Shown here: positions 41,371 through 43,658 of the stretch, piece after piece | Layout: each line of letters starts with the position of its first letter | How positions within the stretch are numbered: position 1 is the first letter of the stretch | IMG/VR virus record: IMGVR_UViG_3300017698_000020 | Span: 1-43,658 of that record | Strand: one strand, 5' to 3' | DNA: 43,658 nt | Origin: a virus | Program-made: the position numbers and the translations under genes | Notes under the pieces: generated by a model | What the model saw: the letters and a program-made list of their open reading frames with translations, nothing else | What the model was told of the DNA's origin: nothing | The model's database searches: none

Positions 41371-41399
41371 ACAATAGACCGTCGTGGAAGAAAGTTCAA
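41371..41399 (-). promoter_or_regulatory. Sigma70-like promoter P3 (conserved 29-bp family)
   Basis: The minus-strand sequence is TTGAACTTTCTTCCACGACGGTCTATTGT: -35 TTGAAC, 17 nt, -10 TATTGT. It lies in the 81-nt gap upstream of the small-gene/terminase array. Confidence 0.5.
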
Positions 41400-41403
41400 C
41401 ACT

Positions 41404-42087
41404 TTACTTTTGCTGATGCCCTAAACCTTTCGTCGCGTCTCCGGTGATATGCCCGATCGCACTGGCCACCAGGTCGCCGCTCGCCTTGGTGATCTTCAGG
41501 CCGCCATGCCCTGCTCCAGCACGCATCACCTGCTGGCATCGGCTGGCGTCGCCAATCATCGTTACCGATTCTCGGGCCTGCACGCCCCTGCCACGGTTCG
41601 TTCCCTCTGTCACCCCAATCAGGTACTGGGGAAACTCTTTCGCCCCGCCTGCGAGCTTGTAGGCCCGATAGCGGCGAACGAACTCGTGCCCGCGGAACTT
41701 CAGGTCTTCATCGGTCGGCGTCTCGGTCAAATGAATCCAGCCACCCATCTCGTCGATGACCTTGTGAATCGTCCCGTCGTCGAAGCAGACGCTGGCATAC
41801 CCGCCCACGGTGCGGATGGCGCGAGCCACGGAAGACCATGCACGCATGGCGGCGTCCTCGGTGCTGCCCTCGATCATCTTCACCAGGTCGCCGGGCTTCG
41901 GGTAGAACTTGCCTTCGTCCGGGTTGTGCATCCAAGCGTTGAGCGCGTACCGCACTGCAGCCATGTCGTACTGCTCGAGGACGCCCCAGTACATCATCGC
42001 CATCGTCTTGCTGGGTACCGGCTTGGAGTACAGCTCGAACGTCGCCTTGAGCAGCGCCCAGAACTCTTGCTTGTCGTTGGCCGTCAT
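41404..42087 (-). CDS. Putative replication accessory / helicase-loader-like protein, 227 aa
   Basis: The ATG at 42087 overlaps the upstream TGA (ATGA), with an AAGGGGA SD 7-8 nt upstream. The N-terminal FWALLKATFELYSKPVPSKTMAMMYWGVLEQYDMAAVRYALNAWMHNPDEGKFYPKPGDLVKMI resembles G39P/loader-type N-domains (from memory, weak). Confidence 0.45.
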   Translation of the reverse strand: MTANDKQEFWALLKATFELYSKPVPSKTMAMMYWGVLEQYDMAAVRYALNAWMHNPDEGKFYPKPGDLVKMIEGSTEDAAMRAWSSVARAIRTVGGYASVCFDDGTIHKVIDEMGGWIHLTETPTDEDLKFRGHEFVRRYRAYKLAGGAKEFPQYLIGVTEGTNRGRGVQARESVTMIGDASRCQQVMRAGAGHGGLKITKASGDLVASAIGHITGDATKGLGHQQK

Positions 42088-42968
42088 TGCCATTCCCCTT
42101 GCAGTGTTGTCTGTCCGAAGGCGCCACCCGCGTCGCTGCCCAGCCATTCCTGCATCTCGGCGCTATCCTGGCCGTAGCTGCCCTGCATCGAGCTGGCGAG
42201 TATCCCGAGAAAGCGGTCGATGTGAGCTGCGTCACGCAGTATCAGATCGAGCCCGTCATGCACGCTCGTCTTGCCCGGCTCTCGGCCCATGTGAAAATCG
42301 GATGCCGCGCAGCCGTCGATCGCGCTGATCAGATCGGTTTCCGTGTACCCCAGGCTGGTCGCCTTGCGGATCAGCTTGCGGCGCTTCTCGTCCAGCTTTG
42401 CCCTTGGGTGATTCATCCTGCTGCGCCAGTGATCGAACACCCTGCGCGGCAGGTCTGGCTGCTCATCGAGATCAGGCGCCTGACTGGTCAGCAAGTCGGC
42501 GTCGGATTCCTTGGAATCTGACGATGGTTCTAAAGACTCTCTTCTCTTACTCTTCTCTTTCTCTTTCTCTAGCTCCGCATCATGTCCGCTTTTTGTCCGC
42601 GATGTGTCCGCATCGCTTGCGGACGTTTTGCGCGCGCCCGCTTTCCGCCTGGCCTCAGAGGCCCGTCTCTTTGCGGAGACACCATTGTGGTCGTTGAAGT
42701 TTACGATCAAAATCCCGTCAACTTTCACAACTATCCAGCAAACTTCTTCCAAACTTTCGGCAAACTTTGCGATGCCCGTCTTGCGATTTACCTGGGCAGC
42801 GGACAGCCCCGCCATGAATCCATCTTCCGTATGCTGATCGGCAGCAGCCCATAACCAGTACAGACCGCCGATGATTGTCGCTTCACCGCAATCAGTCAGG
42901 TCACACAGGCGAGCGACTCGCGGATCGTCCCACAAGTTGCTGCGCATCTTGATCCAGTCGCCAGCCAT
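42084..42968 (-). CDS. Replisome organizer / replication initiator (phage O-like), 294 aa
   Basis: The N-terminal WIKMRSNLWDDPRVARL...GLYWLWAAADQHTEDG and the C-terminal VFDHWRSRMNHPRAKLDEKRRKLIRKATSLGYTETDLISAIDGCAASDFHMG fit the conserved phage C-terminus pattern (TIGR02220-like, from memory). The central linker carries iteron-like DNA repeats. Confidence 0.7.
   Translation of the reverse strand: MAGDWIKMRSNLWDDPRVARLCDLTDCGEATIIGGLYWLWAAADQHTEDGFMAGLSAAQVNRKTGIAKFAESLEEVCWIVVKVDGILIVNFNDHNGVSAKRRASEARRKAGARKTSASDADTSRTKSGHDAELEKEKEKSKRRESLEPSSDSKESDADLLTSQAPDLDEQPDLPRRVFDHWRSRMNHPRAKLDEKRRKLIRKATSLGYTETDLISAIDGCAASDFHMGREPGKTSVHDGLDLILRDAAHIDRFLGILASSMQGSYGQDSAEMQEWLGSDAGGAFGQTTLQGEWQ
42537..42768. 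other. Putative origin of replication inside the initiator gene
   Basis: TGTCCGC occurs at 42583, 42594 and 42605 (11-bp phasing), with an inverted GTCCGC at 42619-42624. AACTT cores occur at 42720, 42741, 42752 and 42763 (spacings 21/11/11 bp). A 34-nt polypyrimidine tract lies at 42537-42570, and an A/T-richer stretch at 42690-42770. Confidence 0.5.
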
Positions 42969-43180
42969 CACTTACCCCCTTGCGGCTCCACTGCCTCGAC
43001 AAAAGCGTCAAGGTCTTCCTTGCGGTATCGGATGAATCCGCCCATGCGGTAATAGCGCGGCCCCTTGTCGCGAGAACGCCAGACGGCCAAGGTTGTGGGG
43101 CTCACCCCCAGATAGTCGGTGGCTTCCTTGGTGGTCATAGCCTGCTTGGTGTTCATCGCCTCACTGATGCGTGTCGCCAT
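42968..43180 (-). CDS. Excisionase/AlpA-family (MerR-type) HTH DNA-binding protein, 70 aa
   Basis: TTKEATDYLGVSPTTLAVWRSRDKGPRYYRMGGFIRYRKEDLDAFVE is the classic excisionase-family HTH_17 pattern. Confidence 0.8.
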   Translation of the reverse strand: MATRISEAMNTKQAMTTKEATDYLGVSPTTLAVWRSRDKGPRYYRMGGFIRYRKEDLDAFVEAVEPQGGK

Positions 43181-43210
43181 GTCGTTACCCTGGTGCTGAG
43201 TTGATTTGTA

Positions 43211-43239
43211 ATGCTATGTGATGATTGTGATATTTGCAA
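43211..43239 (-). promoter_or_regulatory. Sigma70-like promoter P4 for the regulatory/replication unit
   Basis: On the minus strand: -35 TTGCAA (43239-43234), a 17-nt A/T-rich spacer and -10 TAGCAT (43216-43211). It lies directly after a terminator. Confidence 0.45.
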
Positions 43240-43242
43240 GCC

Positions 43243-43266
43243 ATAGAAACCCCGCACGCGGCGGGG
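43243..43266 (-). terminator. Rho-independent terminator
   Basis: The minus-strand RNA is CCCCGC-CGCGU-GCGGGG followed by UUUCUAU. It starts 8 nt after the stop at 43274. Confidence 0.55.
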
Positions 43267-43273
43267 ATCTACT

Positions 43274-43658
43274 TCATTGCTTGCGGTATCCGGCGGCGAT
43301 CATGCGCTCAACGACACCACGAGCCTCTGCGTAATCATAGTCCTCAGCGCCGATGTCTTTCATCGCGCCCTCTACCGCATTGATCTCGCTGCCTGCTCGC
43401 CTCTTGATCGGCTTGATGCTCAGCAGATTGGGGTTGCCATACATCGTCGGGCAGTGCTTGCGCTCCGACCACACCCAAGCGACCAGGTATTCGTCGGCGT
43501 AGACAATCTCCGCTGGCCAGTGCTCCACCTTGCCTGCGGGACGAAGCGCAACCAGCTGACCCGCACGCGGCAATTGGCCACTACTCGGCGGCTCTGCCAT
43601 CTCAGCGCGCCCAACTGGCTGACCCGCTTCAGTCACTAGCGTCCGGCCCTCGGCATCT
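43274..43658 (-). CDS. Hypothetical protein split by the window boundary (full gene = complement(join(43274..43658,100..113)), 132 aa)
   Basis: The frame stays open to the window end. Because 43560-43658 equals 1-99, it continues at 100-113 to an ATG at 113-111, preceded by a GAGGTG SD (MKRYQDAEGRTLVTEAGQ...). The tracker's GTG at 43636 is probably internal. Confidence 0.55.
   Translation of the reverse strand, partial: DAEGRTLVTEAGQPVGRAEMAEPPSSGQLPRAGQLVALRPAGKVEHWPAEIVYADEYLVAWVWSERKHCPTMYGNPNLLSIKPIKRRAGSEINAVEGAMKDIGAEDYDYAEARGVVERMIAAGYRKQ
43560..43658. repeat. Terminal direct repeat, copy 2 (identical to 1..99)
   Basis: Exact 99-nt identity with the window start. Confidence 0.9.

Noticed and set aside
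43251-43263. The 12-mer cccgcacgcggc, shared between the terminator hairpin at 43251 and the very first bases of the window (1-12 / 43560-43571).
   Set aside because: It is a single short GC-rich coincidence. One copy is part of a hairpin stem and the other is coding, and there is no further flanking similarity.
1-43658. tRNA genes, CRISPR arrays, integrase/attP or transposase/IS elements.
   Set aside because: Intergenic gaps are few and short, the largest being about 150 nt, and none shows cloverleaf-like T-arm/acceptor features or spaced direct repeats. No ORF shows recombinase or transposase motifs.

Overview
The window is a complete, GC-rich dsDNA phage genome. Bases 1-99 recur exactly at 43560-43658, so the unique length is 43,559 bp and the linear window is an arbitrary cut of a circular or terminally redundant molecule; the cut splits one gene. 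Nearly all genes are on the minus strand. In transcription order they are: a short regulatory and replication unit (excisionase-type HTH, replisome organizer with internal iterons, loader-like protein); a run of tightly coupled small genes, three of them zinc ribbons plus an HTH+Rmf/CrpP fusion; terminase small and large subunits; portal, scaffold, major capsid and decoration proteins; a block of extra capsid-associated genes; a T7-like series (adaptor, nozzle, GNAT-fold protein, gp14-like protein, transglycosylase protein, 413-aa protein and a 2,017-aa giant protein); a T7 gp17-type fiber anchor and a pectate-lyase-fold tailspike; a lysis cassette; and three accessory genes. A second minus-strand unit at 123-4999 carries an HTH protein, VRR-NUC, RdgC, SSB and a coiled-coil protein. 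The only plus-strand operon (5156-9030) encodes a PD-(D/E)XK exonuclease, a low-GC orphan, RecT, a truncated beta-clamp-like protein and DNA-binding proteins. I found no integrase, CI-type repressor, DNA polymerase, helicase, primase, tRNA, CRISPR array or reverse transcriptase. The points most worth follow-up are: (1) the giant ejection protein looks like a polyvalent effector array (GNAT-like, ART-like and HExxH modules) and is separated from the upstream 413-aa ORF by a single in-frame TAG; (2) a two-domain DnaN-like protein sits inside the recombination operon; (3) the SSB acidic tail (FDDFDDEIPF) lies in the -1 frame after a G4 run; (4) two arrays of 11-bp-phased repeats inside the replication gene look like an origin; (5) a conserved 29-bp promoter element occurs three times; (6) a lipoprotein/DUF1353/small-membrane trio sits at the end of the late operon where spanins would be expected. 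All functional calls come from reading motifs in the translations and from gene order. No database search was run.
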